From a virus, in IMG/VR virus record IMGVR_UViG_3300017917_001946, positions 4,468 through 68,467 of that record: DNA of 64,000 nucleotides. One strand, given 5' to 3'. Within the stretch, counting starts at the first letter, position 1, and the number at the start of each line of letters is the position of its first letter. A program made the translations under genes and the position numbers. Under the pieces are notes generated by a model that had not been told where the DNA came from, did not search any database, and saw only the letters and a program-made list of their open reading frames with translations. Below are positions 29,589 to 38,444 of this stretch, piece by piece.

Positions 29589-31171
29589 TGGAATATATTA
29601 ACGAAGAAGATACATTTAGTAATGAGGTATCAGTATCTAATTCATCAGACATGTTTAGTTTTAGCCAGCCAGTAGTTATTGAAACAGATCCATTTAAAGT
29701 ATCTGGAGACGATTTAAAAAAGATTAATGGACTAAGTCCAACATTTCGTCGTAAGATGTCAAGAGAATTTCAAAAAAGATTTAGCGGAATAGAAGGAACT
29801 GGAACTCAACAGAACCTACTTCAACAGGCAGTAACAGGATATGCAATGTTTGATCTTGTACAGCCTATTTATAATTTAGAATATCTATCTAAAATTTATG
29901 AGATATCTCCATACAACTATGCAGCAATTAATGCTAAGGTCGCTAATATTGTTGGACTTGGATACTCATTTGTAGAAAGCAAAAAGGCTATGGAAGCCTT
30001 GGACAATATTACAGATGAAGTTCAGTTAAATCGTGCACGTAGAAAAATGGATAGAATTAGACAGCAATTAGAATTGTGGCTAGAAGATGTAAATGAAGAA
30101 GAAACATTTATTGAAACATTAATAAAGGTATACACAGATCTTGAAGCAACAGGAAATGGATTTATTGAAATAGGAAGAACTACAAGCGGAAACATTGGAT
30201 ATATAGGACATATTCCTGCAAAGACAATGCGTGTTCGTAGACTTCGTGATGGATTTATTCAATTGCTTTACGGTAAGGCTGTATTCTTTAGAAACTTTGG
30301 AGATACAGAAACAGAGAACCCAATTGCTGGCCAAGAAGATAGACCTAATGAAATTATTCAGCTGAAGAAATATACACCTATGGATAACTATTATGGTATC
30401 CCAGACATTGTTGCTTCACAAAATGCTATGGCAGGAAATGAATTTGCTGGAAAATATAACTTAGATTATTTTGAAAATAAGGCGGTTCCAAGATATATTA
30501 TTACAGTAAAAGGAGCTAAGCTATCTACAGAATCAGAAAGAAAACTCTTAGAGTTTTTCCAAGTAGGGCTTAAAGGAAAGAATCATAGATCACTTTATGT
30601 TCCACTTCCACCAGATTCAGCAGACTCTAAAGTTGAATTTAAGATGGAACCAGTTGAAGCAAACATTCAAGACTCATCATTTAATACTTATAGAAAAGCT
30701 AACCGTGACGAAATCCTACTTTCACATAGAGTTCCAATAAATAAAATTGGAGTTCCAGAAGGAGTCAGTCTTGCCTCTGCCAGAGATGCAGATAAAATGT
30801 TTAAAGAGCAAGTTTGTCGTCCAGCTCAAGATATTTTAGAAAAGAAATTAAATAGAATCGTTGCAGAAAAAACAGACGTTCTAGTTCTTAAATTTAATGA
30901 GCTTACTTTAACTGATGAAGATACTCAGTCTAAAATTGATGAAAGATATTTAAGAATGCAGGTTATAACCCCTAATGAGGTAAGAATTAGAAAAGGCATG
31001 GTCCCAATTGATGGTGGGGATGCAGTAATTCAATTAAAACCTCAACAGGCTGCAGAACAAATGGCCCAGGCTTCTAATAGTAGAAGAAGAACCCAAGAAA
31101 GAGATAATAATGCACCTGATATTTCAGGGGAGGCCAGAAATCCAAAAGGTGAGGGTAGAACGACTGCTTAA
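29588..31171 (+). CDS. Portal protein (PBSX/HK97-like)
   Basis: DLEATGNGFIE, HIPAKTMR, YYGIPDI, YFENKAVP, HRVP..IG, ITPNEVR. Confidence 0.9.
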   Translation: MEYINEEDTFSNEVSVSNSSDMFSFSQPVVIETDPFKVSGDDLKKINGLSPTFRRKMSREFQKRFSGIEGTGTQQNLLQQAVTGYAMFDLVQPIYNLEYLSKIYEISPYNYAAINAKVANIVGLGYSFVESKKAMEALDNITDEVQLNRARRKMDRIRQQLELWLEDVNEEETFIETLIKVYTDLEATGNGFIEIGRTTSGNIGYIGHIPAKTMRVRRLRDGFIQLLYGKAVFFRNFGDTETENPIAGQEDRPNEIIQLKKYTPMDNYYGIPDIVASQNAMAGNEFAGKYNLDYFENKAVPRYIITVKGAKLSTESERKLLEFFQVGLKGKNHRSLYVPLPPDSADSKVEFKMEPVEANIQDSSFNTYRKANRDEILLSHRVPINKIGVPEGVSLASARDADKMFKEQVCRPAQDILEKKLNRIVAEKTDVLVLKFNELTLTDEDTQSKIDERYLRMQVITPNEVRIRKGMVPIDGGDAVIQLKPQQAAEQMAQASNSRRRTQERDNNAPDISGEARNPKGEGRTTA

Positions 31172-31190
31172 TTATTAGGCAACTAGTTAT

Positions 31191-31219
31191 TTGCCTTTTT
31201 ATATTTTAAAAGATAAAAT
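31191..31219 (+). promoter_or_regulatory. Promoter TTGCCT-N17-TAAAAT
   Basis: Identical hexamers and spacing recur at 36851-36879. Confidence 0.65.
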
Positions 31220-31226
31220 TAAGCAT

Positions 31227-32552
31227 ATGAATATTGAAAAATCTTATTGGTCTTCAAATGGCGACAATATTAATTTGTCCGTTCCGTTTACAAAGGTCAA
31301 CCGTGAAAAAAGAACTGTTTCTGGATTCGCTACTTTAGACAATCTGGATCAAACAGGAGATGTCGTTACGGCTGATGCAAGCCTAAAAGCTTTTGAAAAC
31401 TTCCGTGGGAATATTCGTGAAATGCATGGATCAAATGCTGTTGGCAAAATGGTTTCATTTAAGCCAGAAACATTTTATGATCCAAAAAGCGGAGAATTTT
31501 ATAATGGAGTCTATGTAGACGCATATATTTCTAAAGGCGCACAAGACACATGGGAAAAGATTTTGGACGGAACTTTAGCAGGATTTTCAATAGGTGGAAA
31601 AATTATTGACTCAGATAATGAAGTTAATAAGTCTACAGGACAAGCAGTTCGTTTTATTAAAGAATACGCATTGATGGAATTATCAGTTGTTGATTCACCA
31701 GCAAACGAACTATGCAACATTTTGTCTATTCAAAAGATGAATGGTCAATTAATGTTTAAAGGAATTGCAGCAGAAACTGCTACAGAAAATATTTTTTATT
31801 GTGAAGAAAGTAAATCAGTATTCATCTCACACGATGCATCTTACGACTCCCCAGTTACTGGTAAACCAGCAACATTAATTGGTTGGGTAGAGAGTAACGA
31901 TGTTAACAAAGCTAAAGAGATAGATAAAATTCTTGATTCGTTTATGAAGTCAAGATTACCGTTGCCTGAAACACAAACAATTGCAAAACAGGCAAACGTA
32001 GAAGGAGGTAATGAAGTGTCAGAAAACACAGAAAACGTAGTTGCAGAAGATGCAGTAGCACCAGAAGCAGCCGTAGAAGAAACACCAGTTGTTGCTGAGG
32101 AAGCACCAGCTGCTGAAGTTGCTGTAGAAGATGCAGTAGCAGACGCTTCTGCCGAAACTCTAGAAAAAGCAGCCGACGTATCAGAAGTTGAGGTTGATGA
32201 ACCTGATTTTGCAAAGATGCTTGGTGACCTAAAAGGATTTTTCTCAGAGACTCTAAATAAAGCTTCAGAAGCAAATGCAGCACAAGTTTCAACAATCAAA
32301 GAGACAGTTGAAGTTTTCAGCAAGAGCGTCGATAGCAGAATTTCAGAATTGGCAGAACAACATGCCGTATTAAGCAAGGCTGTTGAAGATATCAAGAGCA
32401 CGATTGATGGCGTAGAAAAGCGTGTCGATGCAGTTGAATCAGAGACTGCAATTAAGAAGTCCTCAGACCTTGGCGGGTCTCAGGAAGTAACAATCAAAAA
32501 ATCAAAATGGAACGGTTCTTTCCTTGGTTCCGTAAACGAATTATTCAACTAA
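31227..32552 (+). CDS. Prohead protease fused to scaffolding domain
   Basis: VSGFA..D..GD, REMH, GFSIGG, ELSVVDSPAN (HK97-type); acidic Ala/Glu linker and coiled-coil C-terminal half. Confidence 0.88.
   Translation: MNIEKSYWSSNGDNINLSVPFTKVNREKRTVSGFATLDNLDQTGDVVTADASLKAFENFRGNIREMHGSNAVGKMVSFKPETFYDPKSGEFYNGVYVDAYISKGAQDTWEKILDGTLAGFSIGGKIIDSDNEVNKSTGQAVRFIKEYALMELSVVDSPANELCNILSIQKMNGQLMFKGIAAETATENIFYCEESKSVFISHDASYDSPVTGKPATLIGWVESNDVNKAKEIDKILDSFMKSRLPLPETQTIAKQANVEGGNEVSENTENVVAEDAVAPEAAVEETPVVAEEAPAAEVAVEDAVADASAETLEKAADVSEVEVDEPDFAKMLGDLKGFFSETLNKASEANAAQVSTIKETVEVFSKSVDSRISELAEQHAVLSKAVEDIKSTIDGVEKRVDAVESETAIKKSSDLGGSQEVTIKKSKWNGSFLGSVNELFN
32016..32552 (+). CDS. Putative nested in-frame scaffolding protein (internal GTG start)
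   Basis: AGGAGGT at 32003-32009, 6 nt before an in-frame GTG at the domain boundary. Confidence 0.6.
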   Translation: MSENTENVVAEDAVAPEAAVEETPVVAEEAPAAEVAVEDAVADASAETLEKAADVSEVEVDEPDFAKMLGDLKGFFSETLNKASEANAAQVSTIKETVEVFSKSVDSRISELAEQHAVLSKAVEDIKSTIDGVEKRVDAVESETAIKKSSDLGGSQEVTIKKSKWNGSFLGSVNELFN

Positions 32553-32573
32553 AAGGGTAGGTGAAAAAAAACA

Positions 32574-33632
32574 ATGAGCAATGAAACATTAGAAAAAGCA
32601 GTTGCCGCTAATACAACAGCAACAGGTACTTTTGCTTCCACATCAGGAGGCGACGGTATTCACACAGGTTCCGAAAACGGAAATGGTGGTCTGTTAAATC
32701 CAGAGCAATCTGCACGATTCTTAGATTATATGTTTGATGCAACCGTAATTGGTAAAGTAGCACGAACAGTTCGCATGAAGGCTGATACAACAGAAATTGA
32801 TCGTATTGGTGTAGGCGAAAAACTTATGAAGCTCGCAACAGAAGCTGACAATACAGGTGTAAACTCTGCAGTCACTTTCTCAAAGATCTCTTTGACAACA
32901 AAGAAGCTTCGCTTGGATTGGGAACTTTCAACAGAGTCTCTAGAAGACAACATCGAAGGTCCAGATCTAGAAGATCATATTGCCCGCATGATGGCAACAC
33001 AAGCAGGTAATGACATTGAAGACGTTATCCTTAATGGTAACGAGTCACTAACAGGTGACGCACTATACAAGGCATTTGACGGAGTTGTTAAGAAGTCAAA
33101 GGCTAACGGTCACGTTGTTGACGCAAATGGTGCAGGAGTTTCTCGTGCTGTATTTAATTCAGCATTGAAGGCACTTCCACGTAAGTACAAGCAACGCAGA
33201 GCTGATCTACGATTCCTAGCAGGTTCAAACTTGATTCAGGATTATCTATACTCAGCTTCAGTTCTTGGTGATTACGGCTCAAACAATCCACAGGACATCG
33301 CTTCAAGCGTTATCCGTGGACAAGGTGTACAGCCTCTAGGTGGTCCAGCAGGTTATGTGGCTCCATTCGCATTTGGTATTCCAATTGTCGAAGTTCCACT
33401 TCTTCCTGAAGCACAAGATGGCGATTACACAGGTGAGACAGGAAATCACGGAGACATCCACTTGACATTCCCAAATAACGTAGTTATTGGTATCAAGCGT
33501 GATGTAACTGTTTACCGTTTCTTCTGGCCACGTAAGGACTCAATCGAGTACACAATGTATACTCGTGTTGGCGTTCAAATCGAGCAGGCAGACGCTTGGG
33601 TAGTAGTTAAAAACGTTAAGGTCGCTTCTTAA
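32574..33632 (+). CDS. Major capsid protein (HK97 fold)
   Basis: GGLLNPEQS..F, ESLEDNIEG, GNDIED..LNG; position after protease; followed by strong terminator. Confidence 0.9.
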   Translation: MSNETLEKAVAANTTATGTFASTSGGDGIHTGSENGNGGLLNPEQSARFLDYMFDATVIGKVARTVRMKADTTEIDRIGVGEKLMKLATEADNTGVNSAVTFSKISLTTKKLRLDWELSTESLEDNIEGPDLEDHIARMMATQAGNDIEDVILNGNESLTGDALYKAFDGVVKKSKANGHVVDANGAGVSRAVFNSALKALPRKYKQRRADLRFLAGSNLIQDYLYSASVLGDYGSNNPQDIASSVIRGQGVQPLGGPAGYVAPFAFGIPIVEVPLLPEAQDGDYTGETGNHGDIHLTFPNNVVIGIKRDVTVYRFFWPRKDSIEYTMYTRVGVQIEQADAWVVVKNVKVAS

Positions 33633-33658
33633 TTATTTAAGAATTAGACTAGCTGGAG

Positions 33659-33686
33659 AAGCCCCCAATTTATTTTGGGGGCTTTT
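33659..33686 (+). terminator. Intrinsic terminator
   Basis: AAGCCCCCAA-tttatt-TTGGGGGCTT followed by TT. Confidence 0.85.
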
Positions 33687-33737
33687 CATTTTAATTTAGT
33701 AATGCTATAATTAAATAACCTAGACAAAGGAGAATAT

Positions 33738-34139
33738 ATGTCATTTGAGACATTGAAGATATCTGATTTAAGAAAGATCGCTGAAGATTTTGGCGTAGAT
33801 ACAGAAGACCTAAAAAATAAAAACGATATTATTGCATCACTAGCGGAAGAAGGCGTTACCTGGGCGGTATACGAAAAGACGATTAAAGACGTAGAGAATG
33901 CAACAGAAGATATTTCCCAAGAAGTATTACCTAAGTTTGATCCAAATAAGGAGCAGCCAGAGAACACTGTCCTAGTCAGAATGACAAGAGCTAACTTTAG
34001 ATATGATATTATGGGATTTACATTTACAAAAGATCACCCATTCGTAGCAATGGATAAAGAAAAAGCACAGCAAATTTTTGACAAGGAGGAAGGTTTTAGA
34101 TTAGCAAACCCAAAGGAAGTACAAGAGTTTTATAGCTAA
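33738..34139 (+). CDS. Hypothetical protein with Rho-N/HeH-like N-terminus
   Basis: LKISDLRKIAEDFGV..KNDIIASL; TGCTATAAT promoter at 33703-33711. Confidence 0.65.
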   Translation: MSFETLKISDLRKIAEDFGVDTEDLKNKNDIIASLAEEGVTWAVYEKTIKDVENATEDISQEVLPKFDPNKEQPENTVLVRMTRANFRYDIMGFTFTKDHPFVAMDKEKAQQIFDKEEGFRLANPKEVQEFYS

Positions 34140-34153
34140 ACTAAGCCTTTAAA

Positions 34154-35134
34154 ATGGCAGAGATATTAATTAGAACACAGTCACCAGTAACACATCAGGT
34201 TTTCTGGAATGGCGACATTGCAACACCAGATTCAACACCAATAGTAAAGGTGTATGATATTACGAGTGACCCAGCAATAAATCCAACAATAAATCCAACC
34301 GAACTACTTGATACACTAACTGCCGTTTTAGATGAAAATAATCCAGGAACTTATACTGTTTATGTTCCATATGAATTTACAGACAGAAATAGAACACTAA
34401 GACTTCAATGGGAATATTCTATAGACGGAACAAATATTGCTAGATCTGATGAAGTTTTTGTTGTTACCCCATATGTAGATTTTAATCACGTACAAGATTT
34501 AGGTTTTAGTACAGATTCATCAGATCCAAATTATAGATCATATAAAGATTTAGTTCGTGCAGAAAAGTATGCTCGTAAACAAATTGAACAATATACAGGA
34601 CAGAGTTTCTTTTTATACGATGACGTATTTGTATTAAATGGTTATGATTCAGACACACTTCCTTTGCCAGCAAAAATATATGAGCTGCACGAACTTTACG
34701 CAAACGACATTTTACTTGTAGACAATCTTAATGAAATTAATAATTGGAATTATGATGTTCAAATTTCTGATACTGGATATGGAATAAGAGTTAATAAAGC
34801 TAGCTTATTAGACAATACAGTTTACACAGCAAACGGTATGGTTCCGCCTACAATTAATGACTCTAGCGGTATTTTTCAAGATAATGTAAGTTATAAAGTT
34901 CAGGGGCGCTTTGGCTGGGAAAGAGTTCCAGATGATGTAGAATTAGCTGCAATTGAATTAATGAAAGATTATTTTTCTAAAGATACAGCATGGAGAAATA
35001 AGTACATAAAGAATATTTCTACTTTCGATTGGGATTTTGAATATACATCAGAAGCATATGCTGGCACTGGCAATGCTTATGCTGACAGGCTTTTAGCAGA
35101 TTATGTGATGGTGAGCAAGGTTCAGGTAATCTAA
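34154..35134 (+). CDS. Head-tail adaptor/connector
   Basis: ARKQIEQYTGQ.F, GRFGWERVPDDV..AAI, TGN..AD.LL..Y. Confidence 0.75.
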   Translation: MAEILIRTQSPVTHQVFWNGDIATPDSTPIVKVYDITSDPAINPTINPTELLDTLTAVLDENNPGTYTVYVPYEFTDRNRTLRLQWEYSIDGTNIARSDEVFVVTPYVDFNHVQDLGFSTDSSDPNYRSYKDLVRAEKYARKQIEQYTGQSFFLYDDVFVLNGYDSDTLPLPAKIYELHELYANDILLVDNLNEINNWNYDVQISDTGYGIRVNKASLLDNTVYTANGMVPPTINDSSGIFQDNVSYKVQGRFGWERVPDDVELAAIELMKDYFSKDTAWRNKYIKNISTFDWDFEYTSEAYAGTGNAYADRLLADYVMVSKVQVI

Positions 35135-35562
35135 TGTATGACCTTATAGACTCAGTTTTATCTATGAAAATGGATATATACAGACAATCAGATTTACAGG
35201 ATCCAGATACTGGGGCTATAGTAAAACAATGGAATTATTATAAAACAATAGACTGTCACGCAAAAGGAATTATTAGCAATTCAGCTACAACAAGATCAAG
35301 TGACAAACAGATCATGTCTAATAAATATTCTAACGAACAGGTAATACAGGTTAGAACATTAGATAGAGTACTTTTTAGAGAAAAAATAACAAACGTAAGA
35401 AATAAAGACGGCTTAGTTATTTGGTCAGAAATAAACTTTCCAACAGAAACCCCAACAGTTTTTGAGGTAATGGGTTCAACACCAATTACAGACCCATTCG
35501 GAGTAGTTATTGCATGGAACACAACAATGAAGAGATCGGAGAACCAACAAATTGGACTCTAG
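35134..35562 (+). CDS. Head closure/stopper protein
   Basis: Position and size; QDPDTGAI..W. Confidence 0.6.
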   Translation: MYDLIDSVLSMKMDIYRQSDLQDPDTGAIVKQWNYYKTIDCHAKGIISNSATTRSSDKQIMSNKYSNEQVIQVRTLDRVLFREKITNVRNKDGLVIWSEINFPTETPTVFEVMGSTPITDPFGVVIAWNTTMKRSENQQIGL

Positions 35563-36340
35563 TAGACTTCTTGTTCAAACAGCTAGCAGCCTAGAAAGAT
35601 TTATGGTGGGAAGCCCAAAAGATGCTATTATGAAAGATAGTAATGTGGCACAAATATCTGCTGCAATTTATTATCAGGCAAACGTTATAGCAAAGCTAAC
35701 TTCAAGCAAACAATTTAAAGACAAATTTAAATCAGTAATATTTTCTCAGATATTAAATGATTTTGGCAATTATGTAGATAGTCAAGCAAGAATGAAGCCT
35801 AGATCTCTTCATCATATGTATGAATGGAAAAGAGTTGGAGACCCAGAGGCAAGACTATTTAATTTAAAAATGTTAGATGGAGAAGGAATTTCATTTAAGG
35901 TCGCATATGAATATAAACTATCTCAATCATTTGTTCCAGCGCCAGAAGGAAGAAGAAAGCACGTATTTGCTAATAAAGCTTCTGTGATGGAATCTGGAAT
36001 GCCTCTTAAAATTGCTCCACGCCATTCTGAGAGACTTGTATTCGATTCTAATGGTGAGACTATCTTTATGCCCAAAGGGGCCTCAGTGACCGTTCAGAGG
36101 CCTGGTGGAAGCAGTGTAAAAAATCAATTTACATTAAAATATAGCATATTCTTTAGAGGACAATTAATTAATCAATCTATTAAATCTTCTGGATTTCAAA
36201 AGATATTTAATTCAGCACTAACTAAAGCAATGAAATTACCAACGCCTATCAAAAAGGTTCAGTACTCATTTGCCCCAAATACAATTAGATCTATGGCGGA
36301 CTCAGCAGTCACACAGTCATTTGGAGGTGCAATGATATGA
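35552..36340 (+). CDS. Neck/tail completion protein
   Basis: TTG start; LHHMYEW, F.NKA.VME; synteny. Confidence 0.55.
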   Translation: MDSSRLLVQTASSLERFMVGSPKDAIMKDSNVAQISAAIYYQANVIAKLTSSKQFKDKFKSVIFSQILNDFGNYVDSQARMKPRSLHHMYEWKRVGDPEARLFNLKMLDGEGISFKVAYEYKLSQSFVPAPEGRRKHVFANKASVMESGMPLKIAPRHSERLVFDSNGETIFMPKGASVTVQRPGGSSVKNQFTLKYSIFFRGQLINQSIKSSGFQKIFNSALTKAMKLPTPIKKVQYSFAPNTIRSMADSAVTQSFGGAMI

Positions 36341-36849
36341 CAGTTAATTATAAATTAGACGCAATGCTAGAATTAAGAAAGTTTTTATGGAGTAGATTAA
36401 CTGCTTTAGGCATATTTGATGATCAGGAATACTATAGCGACAATCTTGCAGAGACTATTGTTCCTATTATTCCAGTTCAACAAGCACCAGAAATGAATCA
36501 ATTTTTAAGTGGCAAAAAGCATATTATCTATGATAAGATCGGCACATCTTATGAAGATAACTGGATGGTCTGCTGTGAACAAATATTATTTACCGTATAT
36601 TCAACAGATATATCAGAAATTAATGAAATTAGAAACTTCATGATGGATGAATTTAGAAGAATGGACGAATCTGCTAGAGATATAAATAAATGGTCTGGCC
36701 TATCTAATAAGTTTAAATTCTATACCATATTTGTTGCCGATATATCCCCTACAGAACCTTCAGAAGAACTTCAGGGATTCTTCTCAACAGATGTCATTTT
36801 AGAGATAAAATATTCTAGAATGGTGGATCTAGTAGGCCGTTTTATATAA
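36337..36849 (+). CDS. Tail terminator-like protein
   Basis: Size and position immediately before the tail tube gene. Confidence 0.55.
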   Translation: MTVNYKLDAMLELRKFLWSRLTALGIFDDQEYYSDNLAETIVPIIPVQQAPEMNQFLSGKKHIIYDKIGTSYEDNWMVCCEQILFTVYSTDISEINEIRNFMMDEFRRMDESARDINKWSGLSNKFKFYTIFVADISPTEPSEELQGFFSTDVILEIKYSRMVDLVGRFI

Positions 36850-36850
36850 T

Positions 36851-36879
36851 TTGCCTTATGGTCAAATATGGCCTAAAAT
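36851..36879 (+). promoter_or_regulatory. Promoter TTGCCT-N17-TAAAAT
   Basis: Same hexamers and spacing as 31191-31219. Confidence 0.65.
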
Positions 36880-36945
36880 TAGACTAAGAGGAAAGAGCCT
36901 AGCCAGCCAAATTAATTTTAAAAACCACAGGAGGTGGAGATAAAA

Positions 36946-37671
36946 ATGCCATTAACATCACAAGCAACTGGTAATGCCCGCAATATTCTTGTAGGAGCAT
37001 CACCTTTATTTCTTTCAAATGTTGATATTACAGAAACTGAGTACGTAGAAAACGCAGAACCAGGTTACGGTGTAACCTCATCTGCAGTCAATGTACCAGC
37101 ATTCGCTACAGGTGAATCATACACAACAACATTGAACGATGCGACAGACGGTCTTTCAGTAGCCCCAGATTTCTATTACAGAAACGTAGGTTACACAAAT
37201 AACGGTCTTCAAATCACATACAATCCAACATACGATTCAGTAACAGTGGATCAGCTTCTTGATACAGCTAAGCTGTTCAAGTCTGCGATGGAAGTTATGA
37301 TTGCAACAGAAATGTCAGAAGGTACTCTAGAAAACGTTCTAGTTGTATTCGGACAGAAAGCATCAACACTTACAACATCAGGAACTGGACAAACAAAGAA
37401 GGATGAGTTGGGTCTTGAGGCAGGTGCACTTGGTGCAGCTCCAACAGAGCGTCAACTAATTGCAGTCGGACAAGCTCCTACAGCAACAGCTACATCGACA
37501 GAGCGTGTATATTATGCACGTCGTGTTCTTTCAGTACAACAGTCACAATTCTCTTTGTCACGTAGCACACCAACTACATTTCCAGTAACCTTCCGTCTTC
37601 TCCCATCAGGTAGCTCAAGCTACGTAGGATCAGAATACGGTAAGATTATTGACCGTGTATTAACAGTATAA
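36946..37671 (+). CDS. Major tail tube protein
   Basis: NILVGA..F, VGYTNNGL.I.Y.P...V.VDQL, E.TLEN, FPVTFRLLP. Confidence 0.85.
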   Translation: MPLTSQATGNARNILVGASPLFLSNVDITETEYVENAEPGYGVTSSAVNVPAFATGESYTTTLNDATDGLSVAPDFYYRNVGYTNNGLQITYNPTYDSVTVDQLLDTAKLFKSAMEVMIATEMSEGTLENVLVVFGQKASTLTTSGTGQTKKDELGLEAGALGAAPTERQLIAVGQAPTATATSTERVYYARRVLSVQQSQFSLSRSTPTTFPVTFRLLPSGSSSYVGSEYGKIIDRVLTV

Positions 37672-37695
37672 TAATTTAATTAAATTATTAACAGG

Positions 37696-37717
37696 AACCC
37701 CCAGAAATGGGGGTTTT
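37696..37717 (+). terminator. Intrinsic terminator
   Basis: AACCCCCA-GAAA-TGGGGGTT followed by TT; promoter TTGTAT-N17-TATAAT follows at 37722-37750. Confidence 0.8.
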
Positions 37718-37776
37718 CTGCTTGTATTATTAAATCAAGTTTAGTATAATGATTAAGACTATCCAAGGAGGATAAA

Positions 37777-38115
37777 TTGGCTACAACAGTATACGACGTA
37801 GAAGAGATCACCTTACAGAATGGTGATAAAGTTAAATTAAAGCCCTTAACAATTAAGGCTCTAAGAAAATTTATGGCAGCAATTGCTAAAACAGCAACAT
37901 CTCAAACAGAAGACGAAACATTGACTATATTAATTGAGGCATGTGCGGTTGCGATTGAGTCACAATTACCAGAACTAGCTGCAGACATGGATAAGCTTGA
38001 AAGCGCATTAGATATGCCAACTATCAATCGTATTCTTGAAGTTTGCGGAGGAATTAAGCTTGACGACCCAAACCTGGGAGCGGCAGCAGTTCTAGCTGGT
38101 CAGAACTCGATCTAG
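37777..38115 (+). CDS. Tail assembly chaperone (gpG-like)
   Basis: TTG start after AAGGAGG; lies between tube and tape measure. Confidence 0.85.
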   Translation: MATTVYDVEEITLQNGDKVKLKPLTIKALRKFMAAIAKTATSQTEDETLTILIEACAVAIESQLPELAADMDKLESALDMPTINRILEVCGGIKLDDPNLGAAAVLAGQNSI

Positions 38116-38435
38116 CCGCTTTATTGGGGGAAGTTTTTCTTTTAGGTAATTGGAAAAATTACGACGAACTAGAAGACAATCTTTCAATGCCAGAACTTAT
38201 ACAAACTTTTAAGTCTATGCAAAAAACTGAAGAGGAGAAAAGAAAATTTCTAGCATCTCTTCAAGGCATAAATTTAAATGAAGAAACAAAAGAAGAAGGT
38301 CCTACCTTCGATGATATCAGAAAGAGGGCCCTTGGAATAAACGCATCAGCAGATGATGTTGTTTCACTACAAGGTCCTTATGCAGCAGAAGCTGGATTTG
38401 GTATCGGAGCAGGACTAGGATACTCTAAGGAGTAA
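38067..38435 (+). CDS. -1 frameshift extension of the tail assembly chaperone (gpGT-like)
   Basis: Slippery C-CCA-AAC at 38067-38073; -1 frame open through PGSGSSSSWSELDLAALLGEVF to 38435. Confidence 0.8.
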   Translation, partial: PKPGSGSSSSWSELDLAALLGEVFLLGNWKNYDELEDNLSMPELIQTFKSMQKTEEEKRKFLASLQGINLNEETKEEGPTFDDIRKRALGINASADDVVSLQGPYAAEAGFGIGAGLGYSKE

Positions 38436-38444
38436 TATAGCTAA

